Shown: positions 43,108 through 54,830, numbered from the stretch's first letter. The stretch is DNA of 64,000 nucleotides from a cyanobacterium endosymbiont of Rhopalodia gibba (GCA_045159875.1 CP067995.1:608001-672000); one strand, 5' to 3'. The notes: a model not told the origin generated them from the sequence alone. Made by a program: numbers and translations.

Positions 43108-44388
43108 TTATATGTTGTGTCTGGCCAACTGTTCTTTAAGTTCCCCAATTTGACTAATTAATTCTTCTTGGGTTAGAGTGCTCTGTTCTTTGCTGGCTAA
43201 CCATTTAAGTTGAACCGTTTGAGTTTCAGCTTCCGTATCTCCCAGTACAAGACAAGCAATCGCCCCACTGCGATCAGCTCGCTTAAATTGTTTCCCAAAA
43301 GTACCGCCACTGAGGTCTAATTCTACAGTTAATCCTTCATGACGTAACTTTTGGGCTACAATTAAGGCTTTCCTTTCGGCTTTTTTACCTTTAGACACAA
43401 TGTATAAGTCAGGAGATGTATTTGGGTTATCCTGTATTTGTTTTAGGAGAATGATTAGGCGTTCTATTCCAATCGCCCATCCTATAGCTGGGATATCAGG
43501 ACCCCCTAGTTCGGACACTAAACCATCATAGCGACCTCCCCCACAAACCGTCGCTTGTGCGCCAAGATCTTCTGATTGAATTTCAAAAGCGGTATGAGTA
43601 TAGTAATCTAAACCTCTCACTAGACAGGGATTTAGTAGATAATCAATATTTAAGTCCGTTAAAAATTGTTGAACTTGGTCAAAATGCTTCCGGGATTCAT
43701 CCCCCAAATATTCAATAATATTAGGGGCACTTTGATTGATTTCTTTTATCCGTTGATTTTTACTATCTAGAATGCGCAAAGGGTTTCTTTCTAGACGCTC
43801 TTGAGAATCAAGCTCCAATTCATCTTTGTAGGGAAGAAAATAGTTAACTAAGGCTTCTCGATATCTTTGTCTATCATTGCGATCACCGACGGAATTTAAA
43901 TGTAATTTTAAATTTTGTAGCCCTAATGTTTTGAGGATATCCGTTGCTAAGGCAATCACTTCTACATCTGCTCTAGGATCGCCACTACCAAATAATTCTA
44001 GACCTATTTGATTGAATTGCCGTTGACGGCCAGCTTGAGGACGTTCATAGCGAAACATTGGCCCCTTGTACCATAATTTTTGCACTCCTCCTATGGCGTA
44101 AAGATTGTTTTGTAAAAAAGCCCGAACCACGCCGGCCGTTCCTTCTGGACGTAAGGTTAAAGAACGATCCCCCCTATCTTTGAAGGTATACATTTCTTTG
44201 CCCACTACGTCAGTGTTTTTCCCTATACCTCGTTCAAACAATGACGTTTGCTCAAAAATAGGGGCGCGAATTTCCTGATACATTGCTCTACCAAAAATTT
44301 CTGTTGTAACAGTTTCTACATATCGCCAGTATCCAATCTCTGCTGGCAGGATATCTCGTGTTCCTGGTACTGTTTGGATTATACCCAT
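43108..44388 (-). CDS. hisS: histidine--tRNA ligase
   Basis: LRPEGTAG, FRYERPQAGRQRQF, VRGLDYY, GGGRYDGL. Confidence 0.98.
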   Translation of the reverse strand: MGIIQTVPGTRDILPAEIGYWRYVETVTTEIFGRAMYQEIRAPIFEQTSLFERGIGKNTDVVGKEMYTFKDRGDRSLTLRPEGTAGVVRAFLQNNLYAIGGVQKLWYKGPMFRYERPQAGRQRQFNQIGLELFGSGDPRADVEVIALATDILKTLGLQNLKLHLNSVGDRNDRQRYREALVNYFLPYKDELELDSQERLERNPLRILDSKNQRIKEINQSAPNIIEYLGDESRKHFDQVQQFLTDLNIDYLLNPCLVRGLDYYTHTAFEIQSEDLGAQATVCGGGRYDGLVSELGGPDIPAIGWAIGIERLIILLKQIQDNPNTSPDLYIVSKGKKAERKALIVAQKLRHEGLTVELDLSGGTFGKQFKRADRSGAIACLVLGDTEAETQTVQLKWLASKEQSTLTQEELISQIGELKEQLARHNI

Positions 44389-44571
44389 TGGGGCTACACT
44401 TAAATTCTAAAAATTTACGCTAATATAACACTAATTATTATAAAGCAATTAGCCGTTAACATAATGAAATGGGTTACTTATTAACATTTAAATTAACTTT
44501 TTTAAATGCGTATTTAGACATAAATAGAAACACTATCTAAAGAACTTGTAATCAAACAAGTACAATATTCA

Positions 44572-44601
44572 ATTATTCCATCAAATATTTGATGGAATAA
44601 T
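44572..44601. repeat. perfect 30-bp palindrome (no loop)
   Basis: ATTATTCCATCAAAT|ATTTGATGGAATAAT. Confidence 0.9.
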
Positions 44602-45672
44602 CCGTGTAGCTCTGATACTGATTTTTAATTGAATTTAATTAAATTAAAATTTATGTGTTTAATTTTTAGTCAATCAGTCTCTTTTGTTTTCTAACCTAGA
44701 ATAAGAACTGTTTCCACTTCTCATCTATGTTTAAACATCGCTATAGAACTTTTATTCCTGCTATCAAACCATGCTCATTTCCTTTCTTTTTTTGCGATTT
44801 GTTCTCAATCATGAGGAATAAGGAATAAGCAAATTATAATTGACGAGTAACCAGAGCATTAAATTTGATTCATCTAGATATTTTGAATAGATATATTACA
44901 TAGCTTCACAGAACATCTCATAATTTAATTAATTCAAGTTTGTTTCATCTGTCAATTGTTTCGAAAACTTTCGAGGAAGCTTATTTCAAATGAATGTTAA
45001 TTTTTTCCACATTACTGAAAATCTAATTGTACTAGCTCTATCCTCTGTTTTTTTAGGACCTTTTTGAGTTTTGCTTCGTTCAAAATCAAGTCCTTTTCTT
45101 TTCAGGCTTGAAAAATCTCCGGAGACAAAAAGATAAGATCAGTTTAGCAGAGTTCTTATCGCAAATTCTGTTAACATATTTTGGCATCTATTTTGTAGCG
45201 AGCACTTTTAAATCTGTAACATTTACTGACCCACATGATACTACTCACTTCCCTCCTACTACTTGGGCTAAGTCCGACAAGTCAGTAACTAATAACTTCC
45301 AAAATCTTTATTATTACTTTACTCAACAACTCAAAAAATTAAGCTTGTGTAGTTGTTAAAACGCTGCAAAGTAAGACTTTTAATTTTTATTAATTATGAT
45401 TGTCTCACAGTTAGTCTAGAAAAGTTATAATTCTCTGAATTTATGACTGTTTAAGATTATAATGAGATTATAGCTAATGTCCTGTATATTCTTACAAATA
45501 GACCTGTTCCTCCTGAAGATATTTCTGGCAAACAAGTTCAGAAAATAAGCCCTTCTCTTCTGTTTTCTAAAGGAGATATGTCATCGTGTAATGTCAATAA
45601 CTCATAGTAGTGAAAATATGACTTTAAATTTTAAAATTAATTGGTTATTTATCAAAATAAATCATAAAAAAT

Positions 45673-46461
45673 ATGGAATTTTTTACAGTTTTTTTTTCAA
45701 GCTTATTAATGTTTTTTTCTCCTGTTGGTTTAGTGATTGATACAGTTGTGGCTGACACTATTCGTTCTCAAGTCAATGATGTTGAAGAACTGGCAGTTCG
45801 AATTGATAATACTCCTAGTTACCAATCAACTCAGGGAAGAATTGATCGGATTCGTATTGCTAGTCGAGGCATAAAACCAATTAAAGATTTTAGAATAGAA
45901 GTTCTTGAACTAGAAACTGATTTTATTGATATTAACATTGATAATCTACAAACTAAAAATATTAAAGAAATTAGACAGTCTTTACGAAAACCATTACAAG
46001 GAGGATTAAGTTTAATTGTCAAAGAAATAGATATTAATCAAGCTCTAAAATCAGAAAAAATTAGAGAAATTTTAGAAAAAACTATTAATAGTATAGTTCC
46101 TGAACAAGTTCCTAGATTTAAGATATTAACCCTTTGGGTTGAATTTAAACCTAAAGATCGTCTAGGAATCAAAGTAAAATTGCAGCAATTAAAAAGGTCT
46201 GATGAGGAAGATCTCCCTGAAACTATAGCACTGAATTTGGAAGCAGGATTTAAAGTAAAAGATGGACGATCAATCCAAGTCCTTGATCCAAGGGGTGAAT
46301 TAAATGGCAGAACCTTATCAAAAAAATTTTTAAGTCGTTTTCAGCAATTTGATTTAGCTGTCCTAGAAGGACAAGGCATTATTACTAGACTACTCAAATT
46401 AAAAGTAGATGAAGAAAGTCTTGCTCTTGTCTCGTTTATTCGCTTAGAACCCTTAAAATAA
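45673..46461 (+). CDS. DUF2993/LmeA-like protein
   Basis: N-terminal hydrophobic segment, VRIDNTPSYQ..GRIDRIRIASRG, DINQAL. Confidence 0.7.
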   Translation: MEFFTVFFSSLLMFFSPVGLVIDTVVADTIRSQVNDVEELAVRIDNTPSYQSTQGRIDRIRIASRGIKPIKDFRIEVLELETDFIDINIDNLQTKNIKEIRQSLRKPLQGGLSLIVKEIDINQALKSEKIREILEKTINSIVPEQVPRFKILTLWVEFKPKDRLGIKVKLQQLKRSDEEDLPETIALNLEAGFKVKDGRSIQVLDPRGELNGRTLSKKFLSRFQQFDLAVLEGQGIITRLLKLKVDEESLALVSFIRLEPLK

Positions 46462-46476
46462 GAGGAGGAATCTAAA

Positions 46477-46499
46477 GAATGGTAATCTGATTACCATTC
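46477..46499. repeat. perfect inverted repeat, 11-bp arms
   Basis: GAATGGTAATC-t-GATTACCATTC between co-oriented genes. Confidence 0.75.
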
Positions 46500-46532
46500 A
46501 TGACAAACTTTTATCAGAGATAAAAAAAGGAG

Positions 46533-47150
46533 ATGACTATGGATAATCGCCATAACAATCATGAAAAAAATCGTTTATCTATTGGGTTTATTGGTGGAAT
46601 CATAGTTGCTATTTTAGCGACTGGGAGCATAGTAACATGGTGGTCTATACACACTTTAAAAACATCTAACGACTCAACCCAAATTTCTACTGAAAGCTCA
46701 ATAACTAAAGAGGATATTAAAATAGAGCTGGGACAAGTTTACTGGTTAAATGATAAAGGCGATCGTTTTGAATTGTCAGCAAGTCCAGTAATTATGGAGA
46801 AATCAAGTGACAGTCAAGAGATATTAAAGACTGCTCTAGAAAGTTTATTAGCAGGTTCTAAAAAACCTAAACAAATTACTACAATTCCTGAAGGAACCGA
46901 ACTGTTAGACTTCACTCTAGATAAAGAAGGAGTAAAAATTGATCTATCCCAAGAATTTATTACAGGAGGTGGCAGCGCGTCCATGACGGGACGTTTGGCC
47001 CAAATCCTCTACACATCCACCAGTCTTGATCCTAACACCAAAGTTTGGTTGACAATAGAGGGGCAACCTTTAGAAGTTTTAGGAGGAGAAGGGGTAGAAA
47101 TCGAACAACCAATAACCCGTCAATGGTTTAATGAAAACTTTGAATTGTAG
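46533..47150 (+). CDS. GerMN-domain membrane protein
   Basis: Single transmembrane helix; TTIPEGTELL, DLSQEFITGGGSASMTGRLAQILYT. Confidence 0.85.
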   Translation: MTMDNRHNNHEKNRLSIGFIGGIIVAILATGSIVTWWSIHTLKTSNDSTQISTESSITKEDIKIELGQVYWLNDKGDRFELSASPVIMEKSSDSQEILKTALESLLAGSKKPKQITTIPEGTELLDFTLDKEGVKIDLSQEFITGGGSASMTGRLAQILYTSTSLDPNTKVWLTIEGQPLEVLGGEGVEIEQPITRQWFNENFEL

Positions 47151-47193
47151 TTTTTATTACCTGAACTATTCGAAGCATTAGAAGTATCTATTC

Positions 47194-47964
47194 TTAAAGT
47201 AAATGAGCAGAGTTTTGATCCAAAAATAAATCTGCATCCGAATGCTTTCGTAAAATAGAAGCCGGACAATGAGTGTTGATATGCTTTTTAAGCATTGTTT
47301 CAACAATTTTTGCTTTATTTCTTCCAAGTGCCAGACAAATAATTTTACGAGATAATAAAATCATAGAAATAGTTAGAGTTATGGCATATTTGGGAACTTC
47401 ATTTAGCTGGGAAAAATGTCCTTGATTAACTTGTACTTGACGGGTTTCCTCTTCTAAGCGAACTAATTTAACCAAATAAGAGTCATCAAATTTAGCAACA
47501 GCAGGTTCATTAAAAGCTAAATGTCCATTGGTTCCGATTCCTAGACAGCATAAATCAATGGGGTTTTCCTGTAAAAGTTTAGTATAACGATCACATTCTT
47601 CAACAGGTTCTAGAGTATTTCCTCGAATATAATGAAATTGCTTCGGATAAACTCGCTTTTCTACTCTATTTTGGAGATAGTGGCAAAAACTAGCCTGATG
47701 TTTTTCGTTGATGCCTAAATATTCATCTAGGTGAAATAGGGTGATACGATTCCAATCGATTTTCTGAGTAGCAATCAAAGCATCAAGAAACTGTAACTGT
47801 GAGTTTCCCGTTGCTAATATTACTCTTGCTTCCTCCTTTTCTTCTAATACTTTTAATAAGTATTTTTGAGTAATTTTTGCCGATGTTTTAGCCAAGTCTT
47901 TTTCAGTTTTAGAAATATAAACTGAAAGGGTATCAACCTTAAATTGATATTCAGATTCCATCAA
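47194..47964 (-). CDS. nagB: glucosamine-6-phosphate deaminase
   Basis: LATGNSQ, FHLDEYLG, LGIGTNGHLAFNEP, CPASILRKH. Confidence 0.9.
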   Translation of the reverse strand: MMESEYQFKVDTLSVYISKTEKDLAKTSAKITQKYLLKVLEEKEEARVILATGNSQLQFLDALIATQKIDWNRITLFHLDEYLGINEKHQASFCHYLQNRVEKRVYPKQFHYIRGNTLEPVEECDRYTKLLQENPIDLCCLGIGTNGHLAFNEPAVAKFDDSYLVKLVRLEEETRQVQVNQGHFSQLNEVPKYAITLTISMILLSRKIICLALGRNKAKIVETMLKKHINTHCPASILRKHSDADLFLDQNSAHLL

Positions 47965-48436
47965 AAATTATAAAATGTTTTCCAAATTCATTTTAACTTA
48001 TAACTTAAATTTGAGAATTGACTTATTTTTTAGGGTAACGTCTAGAGTATAGTCAAGACCGCTTAAGAGATAACCTTATATTTTCAGATTTTTAAAGAAT
48101 TAAATAGAAGTCAGTTTGAGTAGAATTTAAACTCAAGATTTGAGATTTTATAACTTCTTTAAACTTCACTTTGTGCTTCGTAATTTTTGAATTACGATAG
48201 ATATATCATCGGTTTACTGTTATTTTCAAAAGCATCAAATTATTATTGATATTATCTAACAAGTAAGGAAACTAATCTGTCTTGATTCATTAATAGCATT
48301 TGTTCGATGGGTGAGGTATACTAGAGTCTAGATTTATTCTTAATACTTGATATCCTTGATAGTGAAATTGACTAATGCCCTGTATGATTGATGATTGGGA
48401 GCTTTCGAAGGGTAATTCAACGAAAGGAGGAACTCT

Positions 48437-48730
48437 ATGTCTACTGAAGTAATTGAGAGGCGATCACCATTTAGTACAAGTATTCGAAAACCCGCCCCTC
48501 GCTATCGCGTTTTACTCCATAATGATGACTTTAACTCTATGGAGTACGTCGTTCAGACTTTAACGCAAACGGTGGCAGGGATGACTCAATCACAAGCAGT
48601 TGATATCATGATGGAAGCTCACAATAACGGGATAGCTTTAGTCATTACCTGTGCCTTAGAACATGCTGAGTTTTATTGTGAAACCCTTAAAAATCACGGG
48701 TTGACTAGCACTATCGAACCAGATGATTAA
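48437..48730 (+). CDS. clpS: ATP-dependent Clp protease adaptor ClpS
   Basis: YRVLLHNDDFNSMEYV, MMEAH; AGGAGG Shine-Dalgarno. Confidence 0.96.
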   Translation: MSTEVIERRSPFSTSIRKPAPRYRVLLHNDDFNSMEYVVQTLTQTVAGMTQSQAVDIMMEAHNNGIALVITCALEHAEFYCETLKNHGLTSTIEPDD

Positions 48731-48758
48731 TTGTCTTTGTAATTGCAAATTTTAACCC

Positions 48759-49586
48759 TTGAAGTCTGATCTGACTCGTATTAGTAATTGCCCGGTACCG
48801 ATTCGACTGGGAATTTTTGTTATTGTATTATTGTCGCTGTGGATTCCAGTGGCAATTCCCATTTATTTAACACTTAAATCCGACCCAAACTTGACAACAA
48901 TTGTTAGTATGGGATTATTATATTTAGAGTTTATTGGACTGTTATTTATTTGGAATAGAAATGTTTATCACAATTTTTATTGGTGGAAACAATATGGATT
49001 AGTTTTAAGCAGAAAAAATGGATGCGAATTTTTCCAAGGATTAAGTCTTGGTTTAGGATTTACTTTTGGTTTGTTTATTGTTGAATCAATTTTAGGGTGG
49101 GTTGATTTTTCTGTCCCTTCTCTAAGAATCATTAAGGTAATTTTTGAAGGATTGTTAAGTGCTTCAGGAATTGCATTTGCTGAGGAGTTATTATTTCGGG
49201 GATGGTTGTTAGAAGAGTTAAACCGAAATTATATTTCGTCAACCGTATTATGGATTGATTCTCTATTTTTTGCTGGATTGCATTTCGTTAAACCGTTAAC
49301 AGAAGTTATTAGAACTTTTCCACAATTTCCTGCTTTGTTATTGTTAGGATTAATCTTAGTTTGGGCTAAACGTGGCTATGGAAATCGTTTAGGAATTTGT
49401 ATTGGTTTGCATGGAGGATTAGTGTGGGGGTATTATATCCTAAATGTAGGTCAACTTTTAGACTATACGGGAAAAGTATCTCCTTGGATCACAGGAATTG
49501 ATAATAATCCTATTGCTGGAGTAATGGGATTGTTATCTCTTGGAATTTTAGGTCTTTGGATAAGAAGAAAAGCCAAGATAAATTAA
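48759..49586 (+). CDS. CPBP (CAAX protease/Abi) intramembrane metalloprotease
   Basis: EELLFRG, FAGLHF, IGLHGG; multiple transmembrane helices. Confidence 0.9.
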   Translation: MKSDLTRISNCPVPIRLGIFVIVLLSLWIPVAIPIYLTLKSDPNLTTIVSMGLLYLEFIGLLFIWNRNVYHNFYWWKQYGLVLSRKNGCEFFQGLSLGLGFTFGLFIVESILGWVDFSVPSLRIIKVIFEGLLSASGIAFAEELLFRGWLLEELNRNYISSTVLWIDSLFFAGLHFVKPLTEVIRTFPQFPALLLLGLILVWAKRGYGNRLGICIGLHGGLVWGYYILNVGQLLDYTGKVSPWITGIDNNPIAGVMGLLSLGILGLWIRRKAKIN

Positions 49587-50520
49587 TTATATCGGTAGTT
49601 TAATTACACAGCAGTTTAGTTATCTCTTAAGCATAAAGAGAATTAAAGATTGATCAAAACTGACTGCAATTGTCATAAATTTAGAAATTACTGCAATCAG
49701 AACTATTTACTATTGTTTTTTTACTGTTCACAGATAACTAAAAATATTTATTTTTTTGGAAATGTTTCAGTTATCTTATAGACGATGTTTTTCTTCTTTA
49801 TGGCATTATTAATGCAATGCAATAGTCGATTCTGCTTGAACCCCTAATAGTAAAAAATTGAAATATTACAATCACCGATTCACCCGCGTCCTTAGTAATG
49901 ACTAAAATTACTCAGCTTTCAAACTTCTACTAAGGCGGATTAAATTTATATATGGACTGACTAACAATTTACAATATTTGAAAAGTCTTATGGGAATTTA
50001 TTCGACGTTAAACAATCATGATTATTATCATCATTAAGCTAAATCTCTACTTCCTGAAACATTAACCAGTATTGGTATTACAGTCGTTTGGAATAAAATT
50101 GCAACCTCATTATGTGACGACTTATTGATCGTGAAACTTGCTGATTTCTGGTCAACCAAATCCAAGCTAGAAGTTATTACGAGCTAATTGCTATCCTATA
50201 TTCTTCATCTTGAATTGTGAGACAATCCAATCAATTTTACAACCATGACAAGTTCATTTACAGTTGGAAGGTCATACTTATGGAGACTATATTAATATTC
50301 CAGGTCTTGGACCTGTTCTAATTCTATTCGACAAAATCTATCAATATACTCTCAAGTATTTACAATAGGCTCAAGGACAGCATCAGATAAAGAAATCAAC
50401 TCTATGTTAATCGAGGGTTAAAAACATACTTGCATGGAGGAGCATATTGTTCTCACGAAGTGACACTCATTACATTAACTGCCCAATACCAATAATTTAA
50501 GTTAACTGCAACAAGAATTA

Positions 50521-51006
50521 CTAAATTAGATTAATTAAAGCATCTCTAACAGTAGGGGGAAGATGACGCATGATTTTTCCTTTTTCGCGATCAACCGCGA
50601 CTAGAGTTACCGTTCCAGTTACATAACATTCCTGTGTATTTGGAGATTCCATACGACAATCAAAATTCATCTGTACTCCAGTAATTTGATTTATCCGAGT
50701 TTTAATAATCGCTTCCTGTCCTAACTGTATAAAATGATGATAACACAGAGATAATTCAATCACAGGAAGATAAAAACCTAATTTTACTAATTCTGCATAA
50801 TCAATACCCATAGAGCGCAAATATTCAACTCTAGCTTCTTCTATCCAAGTTAAATAAGTTCCATGCCAAACTGTTCCTGAATAGTCGGTATGGTGAGGTT
50901 GAACACGCACATCATACTCAAACCACTGCTCAGTAGTTGCTTGCAGGATATTTTTAGGAGTGATCGCTGCGCTGGAAGGTAATTGGGGTTGAGATTGAGA
51001 AGACAA
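50521..51006 (-). CDS. acyl-CoA thioesterase (YbgC/FadM hotdog family)
   Basis: VRVQPHHTDYSGTVWHGTYLTWIEEARVE. Confidence 0.88.
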   Translation of the reverse strand: MSSQSQPQLPSSAAITPKNILQATTEQWFEYDVRVQPHHTDYSGTVWHGTYLTWIEEARVEYLRSMGIDYAELVKLGFYLPVIELSLCYHHFIQLGQEAIIKTRINQITGVQMNFDCRMESPNTQECYVTGTVTLVAVDREKGKIMRHLPPTVRDALINLI

Positions 51007-51047
51007 GTTAGACTAACTCCAATTGTGCACTAAAGTTATTAACAATC

Positions 51048-53402
51048 TTATCGTGTTTGCTTGTTATCAGTATAATCAATTTTTTCCATTAAAGTTACTC
51101 TAGGATTAATGATTTTTTGTCCAAGTCCTAAAAATTTAATAGCCAAGTTAATTTTTTTTCCTGACCCTAAAATATGAGTCACTTCTCCGATTCCAAAATT
51201 GAGATGAATCAGACGATCTCCGACTGACCATTTTTGACTATATATCTGAAGAGTTTTAGATCGAAATGTGTCGGATTGATGATAAGATTCTAAAGTTTTT
51301 GAAAGATTGCTTTTGATTAAATATGAAGGTAACTCTTTTAAAAATTGCGATGGAATTTTAGTTTCTTTTGATCCCCAAACAAACCTTTCTCTAGCATAAG
51401 TTAAAAATAATTGTTCCTGTGCGCGAGTCAATCCAACATAACACAAACGACGTTCTTCTTCTAAGGATAGAGGATCATTTAAACTACGGATATGAGGTAA
51501 TAATCCTTGTTCTAAACCAACTAAAAATACTACAGGAAATTCCAATCCCTTAGCAGAATGAAGGGTCATTAAAGACACCTTTTCCTGTTCTTCTTTAAAG
51601 TCATCAAGATCAGACGAGAGAGAAATATTAGATAAAAATTCTTGTAAATTAATCTCTTCCGCATCTTTTTGAAATTGTAAAATAGCATTATACAACTCAG
51701 AAATATTTTCTAAGCGATTATTAGCTTCTTCAGTTTTTTTCTGTTTTAAATTATCAATATAGCCAGAAACTTCCATTACTTGATCTAGAATTTCTGCCCC
51801 TGATAGGCTAGTTATTTTTTCTTGAAAAGATTTAATCATTTCAGAAAAGTCGTTGATTGATTTTGCTGATCTTCCTGCTAGAGTATTAACGGAACTGGTA
51901 TCAGAAATAATTTCCCAAAGAGGGATTTTTAATTCTTGGGCTGCTTTAACTAAAGACTCTATAGAAGTTTTGCCAATTCCTCGACGGGGTGTATTAATAA
52001 TTCTTAGTAAACTAACGGTATCTGCAGGATTAGCAATTAAGCGTAAATAAGCCAAAGCATCTTTGATTTCTTGGCGATCATAAAATTTAAATCCTCCTAC
52101 AATTTTATAGGGAATATTATTGTGAATTAGTCCATCTTCAAAAGGACGAGATTGAGCATTAATTCGATACAGAATCGCAAAATTTCCCCAATTTAGTTCA
52201 GGGTTTTTTCCCACTAAGTTTTTTATTTGATCAATCACTATTTTTGATTCTATTTGTTCATTATCTGCTTGATAGCAGTAAATATATTCTCCTAGTCCCC
52301 GTGTAGCTTTTAAAATTTTATCAATGCGTTGGGTGTTATTTTTAATCAAATAATTAGCCGCTTGTAATATATTTTCTCTTGAGCGATAATTGTCTTCTAA
52401 TTTAACCATAGTACGGGTATCTTTATCTGGCAAACCATCTCCAAAATCTGATTGAAAATTCAACAAAATGGTAAAGTCTGCCATACGAAAGCTGTAAATA
52501 GATTGATCAGCATCACCTACGACAAAAATAGAACGATTTTGCCAATTCCATTCATGTTTTCTAGTTTCCCCATTAGTTGTTAATAAACTAATTAATTCAT
52601 ATTGAATTTGATTAGTATCTTGATATTCATCAACTAAAATATGTCTAAATTGGTTATGCCAATAGCCAAGGATAGATTCATTTTGCTGAAATAGTCTAAC
52701 AGGAACTAGTATCAAATCATCAAAGTCCAAGGCATTGTTAGTCGCTAGTTGTAATTGATACTCATTATAAACTTCAGCGATAACACGATTTTTATAGGAA
52801 GAGTCTTGTTTAAGATATTTATTGGGAGATAATCCTAAATTTTTCAAATTACTAATCTGATAGCGTACTGAGCGAGGATCAAATTTTTTATCATCTAAAT
52901 TTAATTGCCTAGTCACAATATTTTTAATTAGACTTTGCACATCTGATTCATCAAAAATTGAAAAATTTTGCTGCCATTGTCGTCCCCGTTCATCTTGATA
53001 TTTATTAATATCAAAGCGCAAGATTTTTGCACATAAACTATGAAAAGTTCCAATCCAAAGTTTTTTAGTAGTTGTTTTATAAACCCGTGATATAAGTTTT
53101 TTTTGTTCATATTTAGAGAGAAGATCAAACCGTTGTCCATAATTTTTAATAGCCATTTGCTGGGCAAATAGTTTCTCAATTCGTTCTTTCATTTCCCTAG
53201 CCGCTTTATTCGTAAAGGTAACAGCTAGGATGGAGTCGGGTTCAACATGATGATGACTAATCAAATGGGCAATTCTATAACTGAGGGCTCTAGTTTTGCC
53301 TGACCCAGCACCAGCTGCCACTAATAAAGGTCCACAAAAATGTTCAACAGCTAAACGTTGTGAGGTATTAAGTTGAGTAAGAAAGTCATTATTAATAGTC
53401 AT
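51048..53402 (-). CDS. pcrA: ATP-dependent DNA helicase PcrA/UvrD
   Basis: AGAGSGKT, TFTNKAA, VDEYQDTN, VGDADQSIYSFR, TLHSAKGLEF, EERRLCYVG. Confidence 0.97.
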   Translation of the reverse strand: MTINNDFLTQLNTSQRLAVEHFCGPLLVAAGAGSGKTRALSYRIAHLISHHHVEPDSILAVTFTNKAAREMKERIEKLFAQQMAIKNYGQRFDLLSKYEQKKLISRVYKTTTKKLWIGTFHSLCAKILRFDINKYQDERGRQWQQNFSIFDESDVQSLIKNIVTRQLNLDDKKFDPRSVRYQISNLKNLGLSPNKYLKQDSSYKNRVIAEVYNEYQLQLATNNALDFDDLILVPVRLFQQNESILGYWHNQFRHILVDEYQDTNQIQYELISLLTTNGETRKHEWNWQNRSIFVVGDADQSIYSFRMADFTILLNFQSDFGDGLPDKDTRTMVKLEDNYRSRENILQAANYLIKNNTQRIDKILKATRGLGEYIYCYQADNEQIESKIVIDQIKNLVGKNPELNWGNFAILYRINAQSRPFEDGLIHNNIPYKIVGGFKFYDRQEIKDALAYLRLIANPADTVSLLRIINTPRRGIGKTSIESLVKAAQELKIPLWEIISDTSSVNTLAGRSAKSINDFSEMIKSFQEKITSLSGAEILDQVMEVSGYIDNLKQKKTEEANNRLENISELYNAILQFQKDAEEINLQEFLSNISLSSDLDDFKEEQEKVSLMTLHSAKGLEFPVVFLVGLEQGLLPHIRSLNDPLSLEEERRLCYVGLTRAQEQLFLTYARERFVWGSKETKIPSQFLKELPSYLIKSNLSKTLESYHQSDTFRSKTLQIYSQKWSVGDRLIHLNFGIGEVTHILGSGKKINLAIKFLGLGQKIINPRVTLMEKIDYTDNKQTR

Positions 53403-53589
53403 GGAGTTACAGTTCAGAAGATGTATCTATAAAAGATTTTAGTTGAGAGACTCTCTTAAAATCAAACAACAGCGATTATCATTTTTAAATTAAGATGAAA
53501 TCATCTGTCTAAGAGTTTCAGGTTAGCAGATGAACGCAAATATAAGCTATCCGAATAGAATCGAGAAGATTTTTAAAAAATAGATATCT

Positions 53590-54080
53590 ATTAGAGCTTT
53601 TATAAGGGAATTAATAGTTAAGTCTAATTTATACCTCTATAATCAGTATTTATTCGCTAAATTTCAACAATCCTACTGTAATTATCTATCTAAAATGCCT
53701 GACAATTTATCTCATGATAGCGTAAACTGTTTCTAGTTATAATTAGATTATAGTATTAATGATATAGTTATTTTCTTGAAAAGACTTCATACTAAAACCA
53801 ATTTAAGTGATATATTGACTATTTTGAATCAGAGAATAAGTATAAGATTCTCAAAAATTAAGCTGATTACTTTATTGTATACGAATCTATTGAAAATCTT
53901 AGTTTCTCTCGACTGGAAACTGATTTTATAGAAGAGAAGATAATCTATTTAACAATAGTTATTCCCAGATATAATTATTCCCAACTGATGTTGTTAAGAG
54001 TGTCAGAATAGAATCTTTATTTAACTTGTGTTACACAGAAAATTTGAACTATTTTAAAAAATAGAAGTCTAGTTTAATAC
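53590..54080 (+). mobile_element. degraded IS701-family transposase remnant (boundaries approximate)
   Basis: IRAFIRELIVKSNLYLYNQYLFAKFQQSYCNYLSKMPDNLSHDSVNCF* (53590-53736), then IDYFES, IKLITLLYTN and ENLNYFKK. Matches recalled IS701 motifs LSHDSVNRFL, IGYFWSG, INLITLYYTD. Confidence 0.78.
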
Positions 54081-54758
54081 TAAAAACATCTAAAAATTAA
54101 CAAATTTAAATTAGAAAATAAAAAAAATAGTTAGTTAAAAGTCCAAATACAGATAAAAAATTGACAATCGTTTATCTAACGTAGTTTAAGAAAATTAAAA
54201 TTTTTATTTCCTTCTAAAAAAACTAAAATTTAGTTGGAGTTAGCAAAATTATAGTGCTTGAATTAAAGACAAATCATCAGATTATTAGCTTTTGTTACTA
54301 AGTACCGAGGCGATTATATAAAATCAATTAATCTATAGTTTAAATTGATATATTTATAATTAAAAATTATGAAAGTATTTTTCTTATAAAATTTTATTGT
54401 ATTTAAATTACTCTTTATTAAGAGTCAATAGTTCATTACTAATTGGCATCAATCTAAAAAAAGTTATCTCTTGAAGTCAGTTATAATTTTATTTTATAAG
54501 TATCGTGAGTATTTATATAAATATAAAAAAATAAATTTAGTCCCCTTATTTCTTAAAGTATTTGTTGATTATTGAGTAATTTTAAGTTAGTCCAATATCA
54601 CAGCAATTAATTTATCTATTTAAAATAGTGCATATGTAACGTAATTTGTCAACGTATAACTCTTGTCCATACCATTGGATTTTTTTAATTCTTAAAAAAA
54701 TCCTTAACTATGCCAGAAAAACTGTATCAAAATGCAAATTGTCATCTACAATAGAAAC

Positions 54759-54830
54759 AGCGGAGACAAATGTTTCCGTTCACTCCTCACACCACACTCC
54801 GCCCGGGCATTGTTCGGGCGGTTTCTTATT
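54759..54830 (+). ncRNA. yfr1: Yfr1 small RNA
   Basis: Hairpin GCGGAGACA-aa-TGTTTCCGT, conserved ACTCCTCACAC (54782-54792), GC-rich terminator CCGCCCGGGCA-t-TGTTCGGGCGG plus T tract; TACAAT -10 at 54747-54752; upstream of trxA. Confidence 0.92.

Noticed and set aside
49600..50500. Possible lactate/malate dehydrogenase or ldpA pseudogene
   Set aside because: Only a vague GE-GD-like fragment; no colinear motif series.
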